Of a stretch of DNA of 64,000 nucleotides, positions 34,362 to 45,777 are shown in pieces. The notes below the pieces were generated by a model. The model searched no databases. It saw only the letters and a program-made list of their open reading frames with translations, and was not told where the DNA came from. The translations under genes were made by a program, and so were the position numbers. This stretch comes from an uncultured virus (IMG/VR IMGVR_UViG_3300011693_000001) (Duplodnaviria; Heunggongvirae; Uroviricota; Caudoviricetes). Location of the stretch: the IMG/VR virus record IMGVR_UViG_3300011693_000001, positions 124,001-188,000 of that record; one strand, written 5' to 3'. Every line of letters starts with the position of its first letter. Positions within the stretch are counted from its first letter, which is position 1.

Positions 34362-37300
34362 CATGGAACTAGTAATTCCTGAAGATATCGATCGTTATAT
34401 TAAACGTTACGAAGAAGCTCGCGGCGGAACCCACAACGAGCAGACTAGTAGCGAAGCCATGTTTGTACTGGTGGGTAAGTATAGCGGCATCTATATGCTT
34501 ACCACGGGTATCGGACCAATTTGGGTTGGGTTGCAGAATGCGACCGCGCGTTGGACAAACAAAGGAAAACCTTTCGATTCTGTTCAGCATGCCATTGATT
34601 CGATATTCTCCAACCGTGACATATCGCCAACCAATCGACTAGTTCAGCTGTACTACTCAGAAGATTCGGCGGAACGATTGCGCTGGATTGCTGATCGCAT
34701 TGAATCTTTCAAAGCCTCCGGCGATTTCCTACTGTACTAAAGAGGGCGAGTGATGTTGGGTGTATTAGAGCCACGAGTTACTGCAATAAAAGCAGCGTCG
34801 TTGTTACGGCGGCGCGTGCTCGCTTGCTTGGAAAAAGAAATCGCAGCAGAGCCTGTGGATATACGTGACCAAATTCGAGAATACGCAGAAGTCTATCTCT
34901 CAACGCTCTGCCACAATTCCGTTAAACAATACTCGATAGAAGGTCCAGAGTTCTGCACAGACTACAAAGTTGCATACCATAAACGCGGAGCACAAGCGCT
35001 ACTGCTATCGGAAACAGGCATGGTGTTGAACACATTATATCTGCGTTCCGGCCGACTCGCGCGATTGGCAGGTAAGCGTAGCTTGAAAAAGATGTTTATG
35101 GGTGTGAGCATAACTCCAATTCGACCCGCTGAGCGTGTTCGACTAGAGGGTACAGTATGATGCAACCCGTTTGGAAGCTCAGCGCGATAACCGCATTGGT
35201 AGCAGTTGCTAATGGGTTAGTGAGTGTGGTGCTGGGGTTCTTTGTATTCGGCGCGCACTTATGTTTTCTGGTTTTGCAGTACGCTTTTACAGGAGGTTTA
35301 GTCCCGAACGTAGAACTGATTTTTGTATCAGTCCTGCTACCGTCGCTTATTCTGCTCTGTTGGATTTTACTGAAAGGTCTGTATAGGCTTGACTGTAATA
35401 TGGTGTTCCTATGGCGCAATCGCAATAACTCTGTTGCTATTTTGTTTGAATAGGGAAATCAAAATGTCGAACATGACACCAGAAGGGTACAAAGCGACTT
35501 TGGATGAACAAGAGCATCACATTCGGCTGCTTGGTAAGCTGCTAGGCGAATGCATTGAAGCTGCCGGTATTACGAAAGCCGGTACGCCTCTCATCTGTCC
35601 ACAGCTACTGATGTTTGGCGAAGACTTGAAACAACAACTGTTACAGCAGAAGTCTGAATAAGGTGATAGTTATGGAAGAAAAGTCATACCCTGTTGTTAT
35701 GGCACGTATCCTAATGGAGCGTGCGTTAGTGTTGCCTACTTCGGATGCTTTCCGGCCATTCGATCTATTGAAGCCCGAGGAGCAGAACTGGAAAGAAGTA
35801 TCCTGTGCAATCGGTTTCCATTTCTACCAACTGCAAAAGAAAAATCCAGATGTTATGCAGAGACTCGGCAACGGGCAGTACGCACGCATCGGCGGAGCAG
35901 CACCTTTCACTAAGAAGAAAGGTAGTCGCACGGTAATGGAATTCTAGGATCAGACATATGGATATCTTATTCGCTCTAGGTGTAGGTATTACTTTTGCAG
36001 TGGTTGTTATTTGGTTGCCATTCCGTTTGATCGAATGGGCGATAGTCACTGCGAAAACAAAGGGGGCGGAAAGAGCTAGACTACGCGGTAGAGAGTACGC
36101 GGAAAATCTCTTGGCAGGTCACTACGATAAAGATGTACAGCAGCTGTATCGTATAGACAAGAATGTAACTCTGCGTGATCGTATTAACTACTTAGAAGAG
36201 AAAATAAGTGAGTCCCGTTCCTTCTCACACTACGGAGATTTTGATCGTGGGTGTGAGGAAGTGCTACGGGCGCAGCGAGGTACGGATGATGAGTACGCAA
36301 CCGCAACAACCGAAACCGTTAACGCCTGAGCAAAAAACAGCAATGGATAACTGCCGGGTTAATCGAGAGGCGACCGCTGAAGATATTTTCGATTTTCTCT
36401 ATAACGGCAATCGTTCATCGTTGACTCGGATTGTTCGTAGATTGTCTTCGAAGACGGCTAAACGTTGGCTTCCCGGCATTCATGTTCTGCCCCGCTCACC
36501 GCAGACTGTTTATATGTCGGTGCCTCTTGAGCAGTTCTCTGATGCGAATGCAGTTATCTACAATGACTACTGCTTAGCTAGTGTGAATCCGATTCGAGTG
36601 ATGGCGAGGAATCGTATAACTTTTGCAGTACATGAATTCGAGCTGATCTGCTGTCCGAGGTCGGTGTTCAAATACGTAGCGAAGGCTAAGTATATTCGAA
36701 CGCAAAACCTGTTAAAGAATATGGCCAATTCTCCGGTAACAGAAGATGATTATCTTATTAAGCGTCTGCGGCCTTTGGACGCTTGTGATATTGTCCATTG
36801 CCCTAATGAAGCCATCTTCACCACTTTACCTGTTATTGTTCAACGCCGTATTCAAACATATGGCCTTAATGAAATGCTGAATACAGCTTCCAACACAGCG
36901 TAAGGATACGATAATGTCTTTGAATATAAAACTGCTACTAGCTTCCAGTGTGCTAGTCATAGTCTTGATCTGCACTCTTAACAAGGATGTTACGGTGGGC
37001 TGGTATTAAACTGTAAAGAAGGTGATAGGATGAACAATCTAACAGTGGCTCCGAAAACGCTAACCTTACCCGTATGGGTGCTATACAGTAAGCAGGATGA
37101 CGTTTGGAAAACCGTTGCTGCATTTATCAGTAAGCAGCATTGTGATGCGTGGTGTAATCAGAACTTCAATACCTTGCCAAAGGGAAACATGGATTACTTC
37201 TGTACACTGTATGCCACACGTGCTCCGCATACGATAGCTTGTTATCCAGATGGTCGGTTTGAAATCACCGTAGAAGAAACGGCAATTAGCGTGATCGATC

Positions 37301-37475
37301 TTGCTGATATGCCAGATGTGTTGCCTCTCGTTGAAGCCGCCTCAACAATAGTTAATGAATACCTCCGTTATGGTAAGGGAGATACTGAAAGCTGGATTAA
37401 GGCGAGGGCTTTAGTCAGAGCTATCACAGAAGAGCATCTACTGCTAACTTCCAAATTTTCTAGCCTCAGATAAAT

Positions 37476-37501
37476 GGGTTGTTTCGGCAACCTTTTCTTT
37501 T
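37476..37501 (+). terminator. Intrinsic terminator
   Basis: GGTTGT-TTCG-GCAACC followed by TTTTCTTTT. Confidence 0.75.
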
Positions 37502-40444
37502 ACCTTGGTGTAAGACAATGTAATACACACTGCTAGGGGAATAGCATGGCGATAGCGGAATTCGCAAGGGCTATACATTCACTAATACCTGATCGTGCGC
37601 CGGATGAATGGGAATCCCGCACTATCATTGCAGCAGTGACAGCCGCAGATTTTCTGATGGATTGCGCAGCTGTTTGTACGTCATACTCTATAATGGGACA
37701 TAGCTATCTAAGGGCTGAAGTTCTGGTTGGAGCGGCTACGTTAAATGCATTCTGTCGGAAGATGATGGAGTTGAAAGCACTGTACCGTGTCGATTCTATG
37801 GAGTACGGTAACTACGGTTTGCGTAAAGTGGTGCTGCTGTTTAGCAGCAATGAGGGTCTGATTAAAGCAGGCGGGCCATGTGTTTACGATTCGATTCAAC
37901 CGTTGCCCGGCGATGGACTTACGTTCAATCTGCGAAACAAGATAATGACTCTGATCCAAGCGGTAAACGAACATCTGACAGAGTATTCGGAACCAGCGAT
38001 CATGTGGTTCGGCGATAATCTACCACGTGATGAGCATAGCGGCCCACACATGTTGGCTCTACAGAATTTTGTTTACCGCAGCAAGCGTTTCTGCACAAAT
38101 AAGGAAACTCAATAATGGCTATCGAAAAACGTTACTTCGTATTCAAAACTTTCGGCGCTAATAAGTGGAAGCGTGCTTTTACCGCTACTACTGTGACAAA
38201 AGAAGGTGGTGCTATCGATCTGCTGTATGATCACATTACCACTGGCCCCGATGGTTTGATTGCAATCGTCTACGATACCAAGAAAGATCGTCATGTAGAA
38301 GTACACCGTTTGAACGCAGCCGGTATTACGCAGCTGGTAGCACGAGGCACATGGATCGACGGTATTAATGAATCCGTGGAGAAAAATCTAGTTGATGATG
38401 AAATCGAGGTTATCGCCAATCAACTAGTTGCCGATATCGCTACCACTGTTCCCGAAGTTCCTGTGGTCGATGTGCCAGCTTACGTTTTGTTGACGATAAC
38501 CTATAGTCATGCCGGGCCAAAGCAATTCCTGATCCCTAGCCCTACGGAAAAACAACTAAAGGCACTCCGTCTCGTTCATGGCAAACTGCGCAACTATCTA
38601 GGGGATGATAATGGTGACAAAGCAGATGCTGCTCTTGATCGTGTCATCGCTGCCACTATCGGCACACATACCTTCGTTCAGGGAGACAAAGCACTGAAGC
38701 GTTGGCATCACATTTGGAAAGATCACCTTATCATTGAACCCTTCCGCTCAAACAAAGATGTTGAGCACATCGCTTGCAGTTGGATCGGGTAACTGGAGAA
38801 TGAATTGATTCCGTTAGTGAAAAGCAATTCTGCTTATGCTGATATTCGTTTCGCCGATCAAATAAAGTCCGGTAGGATTAGTGATATGGTGAAAGCGACA
38901 TTTCAAACACAGGTAGGCGTTTTTCATAATCTACTCAAAGACATTGATACGGATATAGAAAGCATCATGTGTTGTTCGCATTCTGTACGTAGTCGCATAC
39001 GTGATGCCACTAGGAAGTTGATAGCAGACTATGAAGAACTATCTCTGCCGGAACTCCGCTATGGCTCTATCAATGTTCTTTGCGATGGGAGCAATCAGTT
39101 AATATCCAGTCAAGTGAATGTAACTCTACGTATCCAGTTAACGCCACTTCGGATATTCTCACTGTCAAGAGGGCTTCCTCTTAGGGAGTGCAAATGCTGC
39201 TGATACATTTTGAATATGAGGATGGCTGGCGCAGCGTGAAGGCCAGTAGCACGGAGGTAGCCGTTCGGGAGATAAGACGACGTGTTCCAAGTGTGAAGAG
39301 GATAATGCTGCGCTCAAAAACTTTATGGGAAAAAGAAAATGGAAACGTGCGCAACAGAACCACTGAGCTTAGGCAAGGTGATGAGTGATAACGTGAACGT
39401 GCTACGTGCTCTTTCATGTATGGTTAACGCTATTGTAGATAAACGTAATCTCAGCTTGAACCTCGTCGAAGATTTCTCGGGGAAACGAGCTTTGATTGAC
39501 TACGTAGAATCTCTGGCTAATGAGTTGTCTGAAGTTAGCTTCAGTCGCGTTGAAGAAGGTCTGGTGTTCCAAGACGGATCGCAATTTATCGTTAAACACG
39601 TGATGACCGGATACAACTACGTTGAGTTGTCGCTATCGGTAACTCGCGGTCACGCTTGGTTGCTTATGCCAGATGATGAACCTTGTTTGGAAAACCGGAC
39701 GGTGATGGGATTCTCCTATCACTACATTCTCGATCACGGTAAAGGCGTACTCGTACGCAACCCTATTCCTGTACAGGTAGACTGGACATGATCAGAGCAA
39801 TGATTCTTCTGCTAATGTCAGGGGGTGTCTTTGCAGCTAATCTAGGTACTCCACGCATTGTACCGGGAGGCGGCACGGAAGATGTTCTATATAAGGATAC
39901 TCTGGTTTGCAACGATCCTACTTTACTGATCGCTTTAAAAGAGCGGGTATTAAATAATCCAGACGGTGATGTTACGCCTATACTGGATGCCGTGAAAGCG
40001 GCTGAGTGTGACGTGCTACCAACCGACACAAGAGTTCGTGTCAAGCAAGTCGTTGAAGGCTTTATGATTGTAGACAGTCATCTTTACGCCGAAATAATTG
40101 TTATGGCAGAGCGCTCGGGTAATCAGGTTTGGGCTGATGCTGAAAACCTAATACATAGCGGAAACTTCTACCGCGAGGTGAAGAGCCGATTGATCATCAC
40201 AGAGCTGGCACCTAAGCTACATCCGATACGTGCCATCGATACTGTCAAGCATTAACTCGGTAACTGTATGAATATGTCTGAATTGTACAATAAGATGAAA
40301 GATGCTCTACACGTATTCGGTTTGCGATTCGGCGATATGGAACTCGTTGAGGTAACATTGGAAGAGGACACTATTGTCTTCTCTTACCAAGGCACCAAAG
40401 TCAGTTACAAAATCTAAATAACACAAGCTAGGGGAATAGCAAAA

Positions 40445-41452
40445 ATGCTGCAAGCAAATTTCGCAAATGGTGATTACGTACTTCTTAGTTATGAGCGTCA
40501 TACCTATTACCGCAAGCACCTGATAAATCGAGGTAGCGTTGCGTATGCTATCACTCATATCAAACGTGATAGTGCTGTGCCACGAGGTCCGATCGCCAAC
40601 AACATCCGCAAGGCTATCGAGACAGGTATAAGCAAAAAACAGTTTAGCGTGCATGATGCTCTACAGTTGTTTATGCCAAAGCATGAAGAAACTGAGGTGA
40701 TTGTGCCGGAGCATTTTCGCATCTTGGAAAAGAAGGAATGCGCGGATGAAGATTCACCTAACGAGTATCTTGTAAAGGTGTACGTAACAAAGCAGATTGA
40801 CTTCCAGCATCCGCTGCATCCTACCAACACGGATAGGGTTTTTAAAGTCGATCCCGGTACTGTTTCAGGTTGGATGCCTTATCGCTGCTTACCGTTGAAT
40901 GTTTGGGTAACTAGCGACTCTGAAGTTTCTCTCGATAGCCATGTAGAGAATAGTATTATCTCCGGTGGCGCGAAAGTCCGAGGCAGTCGCGTGACAGGTT
41001 CTTGGTTGCGTGGCGGAACTTGTCTCGACAGTAACATTGCCGGTAGTGTGTTTCATAAAACAGGTGTGATAGATTCAGACATAACTGATTGTGGATTACG
41101 TAAGAGCACTGTACGTGAAAGTCTGCTTGAACGAAGCTCGTTGAGTGGTAGTAATGTTGGTGCCTGCCTAATCAGTGATTCACGTGTAACTGAACTCACA
41201 TCCGTAGTTTCCGTTATCGTAGACAGCATGATAGATTCTATGTCTGTAGAAAGCTCCCATCTGATCCGATGCACAGCCTCTTGTGGTGATCGAATTCTTT
41301 CCAGCACAATCACGGATGCTACTCTGCAATCTCTTACGGCTATTGAAACCAATGTCTCTGGTACGCCTCAGTGTAAAGTAGAGCTAGGTTATGACTTGTA
41401 CCTGTTTGGTAAGTCTCAGGATAATGCCAAAATGACTTTTGAAGGAAACTAA
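40445..41452 (+). CDS. Beta-helix repeat protein (array member 1)
   Basis: PGTVSGW, then about 5-residue S-(I/V)-x-x-S repeats. Confidence 0.6.
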   Translation: MLQANFANGDYVLLSYERHTYYRKHLINRGSVAYAITHIKRDSAVPRGPIANNIRKAIETGISKKQFSVHDALQLFMPKHEETEVIVPEHFRILEKKECADEDSPNEYLVKVYVTKQIDFQHPLHPTNTDRVFKVDPGTVSGWMPYRCLPLNVWVTSDSEVSLDSHVENSIISGGAKVRGSRVTGSWLRGGTCLDSNIAGSVFHKTGVIDSDITDCGLRKSTVRESLLERSSLSGSNVGACLISDSRVTELTSVVSVIVDSMIDSMSVESSHLIRCTASCGDRILSSTITDATLQSLTAIETNVSGTPQCKVELGYDLYLFGKSQDNAKMTFEGN

Positions 41453-41453
41453 C

Positions 41454-42158
41454 ATGACTCCGCGCTTCGATCAAAAATCTCTGGAACTCACACTGGCGGT
41501 CAATAACGCTAAGCTGGATGTTGTGTTGGACAAGTACAACTTAGGTGAAGCCCGCGATTTCGTTGTGGAATTCAACAAAGCCTACAACCTCCCGTATCAC
41601 AATACTAAGCACTGCATGACAGTAGCTAGGTTGTGTCACGATCTGCTGAGCATGGATGATCTGTTTTACACAGCACATGATTACCGACTTGTCATCTGTG
41701 CTGCGCTATTCCACGACTTCAACCATACAGGTAATGATCCTGATATCAACAACATTGAAAATGCGGTTGCTGGATTTCTTCAATTCTGCGCAGAGTACCC
41801 GTCAGCGTTCTCCGCGTACGATAGGTACGTTATCGAAAATATAATCCGCGTGACGGAGTTCCCCTTCGTACACGAACCTAAAACCGAGCTAGAGAAGATC
41901 ATTAGAGACGCTGATGTTTTGCAAATTTTCGAACCGGATCATATCAGTGTCTCGCTGTACTCACTTCGCCGCGAACTGGAAGACAAACTTAAGAGTACAC
42001 TCCAGCTCAACTTCTACTTAGAGAAACAAAAGGATTTCGTAAGTGGAATTCAGTGGTACACGAAGGCAGCTAAACGCATAGCTCAAGATTCTATGCCAGC
42101 TCTGTTCGCTTCTTACGACGAACATCTGCACAATGCAGGTCTTTCGTTAAAAGGGTGA
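41454..42158 (+). CDS. HD-domain phosphodiesterase (class I PDEase-like)
   Basis: PYHNTKH...V, AALFHDFNHTG, IIRDAD metal-binding motifs. Confidence 0.75.
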   Translation: MTPRFDQKSLELTLAVNNAKLDVVLDKYNLGEARDFVVEFNKAYNLPYHNTKHCMTVARLCHDLLSMDDLFYTAHDYRLVICAALFHDFNHTGNDPDINNIENAVAGFLQFCAEYPSAFSAYDRYVIENIIRVTEFPFVHEPKTELEKIIRDADVLQIFEPDHISVSLYSLRRELEDKLKSTLQLNFYLEKQKDFVSGIQWYTKAAKRIAQDSMPALFASYDEHLHNAGLSLKG

Positions 42159-42180
42159 TCGGTACTAGGAGAGTAAGATC

Positions 42181-43260
42181 ATGGATTATAAAGTGGTAGA
42201 GCGCAATGGATCATTCACCATTGAAAACACTTCACCCTATTCCTACTACTCTATAACACCGGAGCGCTACAACTCTCTGGAAGAACTGCTCAATATAGCT
42301 GTTCCTATCGGCTTTATCGGGCAGCAGAAGGTTCGGGCAGTTTGTCGATTCCTACACAGCAAAGCTGGTAATGTAGTGTCGCTAGCCTCTGCGCTTCAGC
42401 CGCATTACGGTTACGGTCAAGAGATTGAAGTTGGTCACACGGTAGACGATATGTTCACCGTGGTTGAAGTGGAAAAAGAACATATGAAATTGCGTGCAGA
42501 TCGTGATATCGAAATGTACGTGCAATCGGATATGTTTGTAGAAGATATGGGAATTCCTTCACCTACTTGTGAACGTTTGTTTATCATCCCAAAAGATGAA
42601 ATAAGCGGATGGATGCATGTAGACAACCTGTTAAACATATCCGCAGACTTCACACTCGATGGTAAGTATCTCGGTTCGTGGGTACACGCTTCCGCAGAGA
42701 CTCGTAACACTGATCTGCGTAATGCTTACGTGAAAGGCGTGAAAGTTACTACCAGTACGATTTGCGGTAGTTACCTGATCCAACAAGAGCAGGATCAACG
42801 CTCTTCGGTTGTTGACTGCTATATCACGCAAAGCATGCTATGTGTGGATAAGGGGTTCGCTCTTCGTCGGAGTGAATTGAATAGAGTCAAATGTGTGCCC
42901 GTCACAGGTAACACACTCACTGTAAAAAGAAGTGAACTGTGCCGCGTGGCTTTAGGTTTCTGTGACGTTGTACACATAGAAGATAGCAAGGTTGCTGCCA
43001 GTACAATTGAGAGAGTGGAACCGCACGCAGCTGTGTTCTCAAAAGTTTTTATACTGGAGAGCAAGGTAAGCAATTCATGTATGAGCGGTGACGTGAAACT
43101 AGAGCGTGTGCAAGCTACGTTCTTGCAATGCTCAGATAGTGTAGTGGTGGCAATGACGGTTCCACCACAATGCAGCGTACGGAACAGCACACTTATACGC
43201 TGTCAAATGTCGCCACGCACTACCGTGGAAAACCAGTTTATTTCAAGAGCTAAGGTATGA
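42181..43260 (+). CDS. Beta-helix repeat protein (array member 2)
   Basis: KLRADRDI...DEISGW...GSWV, then Ser/Val/Cys repeats. Confidence 0.6.
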   Translation: MDYKVVERNGSFTIENTSPYSYYSITPERYNSLEELLNIAVPIGFIGQQKVRAVCRFLHSKAGNVVSLASALQPHYGYGQEIEVGHTVDDMFTVVEVEKEHMKLRADRDIEMYVQSDMFVEDMGIPSPTCERLFIIPKDEISGWMHVDNLLNISADFTLDGKYLGSWVHASAETRNTDLRNAYVKGVKVTTSTICGSYLIQQEQDQRSSVVDCYITQSMLCVDKGFALRRSELNRVKCVPVTGNTLTVKRSELCRVALGFCDVVHIEDSKVAASTIERVEPHAAVFSKVFILESKVSNSCMSGDVKLERVQATFLQCSDSVVVAMTVPPQCSVRNSTLIRCQMSPRTTVENQFISRAKV

Positions 43261-43868
43261 TGATGAAGCATTTCCCAATTTACCATTCCGGTATCTGCCT
43301 CGGTGTGGCTGTTGTCTTTCAGGAAAACGGTGTTTGGAAACTACGCTTTATGCGGGATGATCGCAAAGGCTCCGTGTTCACCTTTGCTGAAATTGCGAGC
43401 ATGATCAATGCTCGTGAGAACGCTCACCCGATGTTGTTGGCTAAGCTTGGCTTTGTTATCGAGGAAATCGAAGAGTACACTAATGTACCGCTGACCCGTC
43501 TACCGAAACAGGCACATCCGAAGCCGAAAGCTTCTTGCGAAATTAAGCATGTAAACAAACTGTTGTCCCTTGTGCGGTTTAAGGATTCTCCTTGGCTCGG
43601 TATGTTTATGGCTGATTGGTATCTTAACGGTCGTATTCAATTCGAGCGTGTGCCGGATACTACAACTATGTTATTCGAACTGCAAGATAATGCTAGCGTA
43701 TCTATTGTAGGAAACAGCTCAGTGTCGTTCTGTTCTTTCTCCGGTAATTCCCAATTGCAAGCTGTTCAAGCGGTATTCTCGCACTTTCACGACACTACGT
43801 TAATGAATCATACGTTGCGTAGTGGTTACGTGTACGGCCGAGGTGAGGATGTGAGGGTATGTCTATAA
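43257..43868 (+). CDS. Hypothetical protein, possible degenerate array member
   Basis: Short DNASV/GNSSV/GNSQL repeats near the C-terminus. Confidence 0.4.
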   Translation: MMMKHFPIYHSGICLGVAVVFQENGVWKLRFMRDDRKGSVFTFAEIASMINARENAHPMLLAKLGFVIEEIEEYTNVPLTRLPKQAHPKPKASCEIKHVNKLLSLVRFKDSPWLGMFMADWYLNGRIQFERVPDTTTMLFELQDNASVSIVGNSSVSFCSFSGNSQLQAVQAVFSHFHDTTLMNHTLRSGYVYGRGEDVRVCL

Positions 43869-44050
43869 GTATTCCACGATCTTTTCGGCTACAAGATAAT
43901 ATCGATACTGCCATTACTGAGTTGATGCGAGAGGAAAATCGTACCCGTAGTAATATGGTGAACACCCTTCTCGCTGAAGCATTGCGCAATAGGAAAAACA
44001 AATATCAGCGTTTTGAAGAACGACGTAAAAAGAAACGCTTAACGCCCTAA
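43859..44050 (+). CDS. Ribbon-helix-helix DNA-binding protein
   Basis: RSFRL...I..L..EENRTRSNMVNTLLAEAL, CopG/Arc-like pattern. Confidence 0.7.
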   Translation: MSISIPRSFRLQDNIDTAITELMREENRTRSNMVNTLLAEALRNRKNKYQRFEERRKKKRLTP

Positions 44051-44284
44051 CGTAGAGGTTACGATGGCTGAGAAAACTCGTCGCGCTCAATCTATTGGCA
44101 ATAACAAGAAGAAGCCTTCCGACACGGTAGTCGTTCCCGCGTTGAAGACTATGACTCCTGAAGAATTGCATCAGTATATCGACAGCCGACTAAATATGTT
44201 ATCCAGCGGACGCACACCTTTAGCTGTACGTGCGAAAAAGCCACGACAGCAGTAAACATACCAAGGATTAAAGAGGTTATCACC

Positions 44285-45304
44285 ATGTATTGCTCGCCAC
44301 TGTTTGTTGACTACAATATCGCTACCGGTGTCACCACCGTACAAGATCGTGAGTTCCGTACTTTCCAAACTGCGCTGAATGTGTATCGCAAAGAAAAAGA
44401 TATGACAGCTTACCTGCAATTGCTGGAAGCTCAGCAGCGAGCGCATCATAATACCGGTACTCCTATCGAGCGGGTTGAACCTGAAATCGATAGCAAGCAG
44501 TTTGAAATCTCAGCTAAGCGTTGGATCGGTCAAGAACTGATGGTTCGTTTCCGTGCGCTGGAATCCATCAGCTACAATATTCAAGAGCAAACCATCGTTC
44601 TGGAAGAAGGTGAAGAGACGGGTTGGTTCCTGTATAGCCCGGCTAACGTCAAAGGTGTGCTGGACCGCACTCTCTACCTAGACGATAAAAGCTACTTCTT
44701 CGGCGATGCTACTGGTCGCGTTCTTATCGTTGCATCCAAAGTAATCGGATGTGTGAATAACAGCGTGATCCGTAAAAGTATGGTCAACTACTCCTATACC
44801 GAGAAGTCCTTCATTCGGAATAGCTGCATTCAATTTGGGCGTACGATCAGCTCTCGTGTGTTGCATAGTGAACTTCGCCACACTACGATGGTTAGAAGTA
44901 TCGCCTCTAGTTCCAACTTGAATCAGTGTACGATGGTGGCTTCGCGTGTCACTGATCTACAAGCTGTTTTTGTCGGTCTGCGCGATAGCGTGGTATCTTA
45001 CATGCAGATGAATTCCTGCAAGCTCACTGATTTCAATCGCGCTGGAAACGGTGAAGAACTTGAAAAGCAAGTCAATGTGAACGTAGTCGCAGAGTTCGAG
45101 CGTCATTTGCATATAGGTGACGTGCATTCCAAACTCGAACACGTTATCGCTGACAAAAACGAAAGTGAATCCGATGACGATGAGATTATCCCTGCTGCTT
45201 CGGCTGTTGTACTTGCTCGGAAAGAAGGTTCCGTAAAAGTTATCGATGTTAGTGGCGATAATCAAACGGCTGAAGCTGATTCAGAATTGGAAACGTCAAA
45301 ATGA
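44285..45304 (+). CDS. Beta-helix repeat protein (array member)
   Basis: RFRALE...EGEETGW, then S-x-(I/V) repeats; acidic tail. Confidence 0.6.
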   Translation: MYCSPLFVDYNIATGVTTVQDREFRTFQTALNVYRKEKDMTAYLQLLEAQQRAHHNTGTPIERVEPEIDSKQFEISAKRWIGQELMVRFRALESISYNIQEQTIVLEEGEETGWFLYSPANVKGVLDRTLYLDDKSYFFGDATGRVLIVASKVIGCVNNSVIRKSMVNYSYTEKSFIRNSCIQFGRTISSRVLHSELRHTTMVRSIASSSNLNQCTMVASRVTDLQAVFVGLRDSVVSYMQMNSCKLTDFNRAGNGEELEKQVNVNVVAEFERHLHIGDVHSKLEHVIADKNESESDDDEIIPAASAVVLARKEGSVKVIDVSGDNQTAEADSELETSK

Positions 45305-45777
45305 ACGGCCAGTATGAGGTTATAGCTGCTGGGGAATTTTCAGATGGCGCTCCTGCTTTCAAGCTAGTAACACTCAATACTTTTACGTTGCTAGGTATTA
45401 CGGTGCCTATCGGAGAAGTCAGTGAATTCCGTATCGATGAGAACACTGACTTTCTCGACAGTTGGATTTTCGGCGAAGCAGATGTTCGTAACTCGGCGAT
45501 CTATCACAGCATACTCGGTAGGAAAACTGGACCACACGATCACTCACGATTCGAACAGTGTGTTATACGCAGTTGCAGAATCAAAGCATCGCAGATGGCA
45601 GTACGTAATGCAGAGTTAAACGCAGTTAGTACCCACCGCATAATCCGATTCTTTGGTGCCGTGGGTACGGTTGAGGAAAACGTTCTTATGAACAAGCTAC
45701 GTTATGACCTCAGCGTATCGGTGTATAACTGCTCTATCGGCGAGTATAAGAAGTTTACCGGAGCATTAGACGAATGA
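45301..45777 (+). CDS. Beta-helix repeat protein (short array member)
   Basis: KLV...F...IGEVS...DSWIFGEADVRNSAIYHS. Confidence 0.5.
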   Translation: MNGQYEVIAAGEFSDGAPAFKLVTLNTFTLLGITVPIGEVSEFRIDENTDFLDSWIFGEADVRNSAIYHSILGRKTGPHDHSRFEQCVIRSCRIKASQMAVRNAELNAVSTHRIIRFFGAVGTVEENVLMNKLRYDLSVSVYNCSIGEYKKFTGALDE

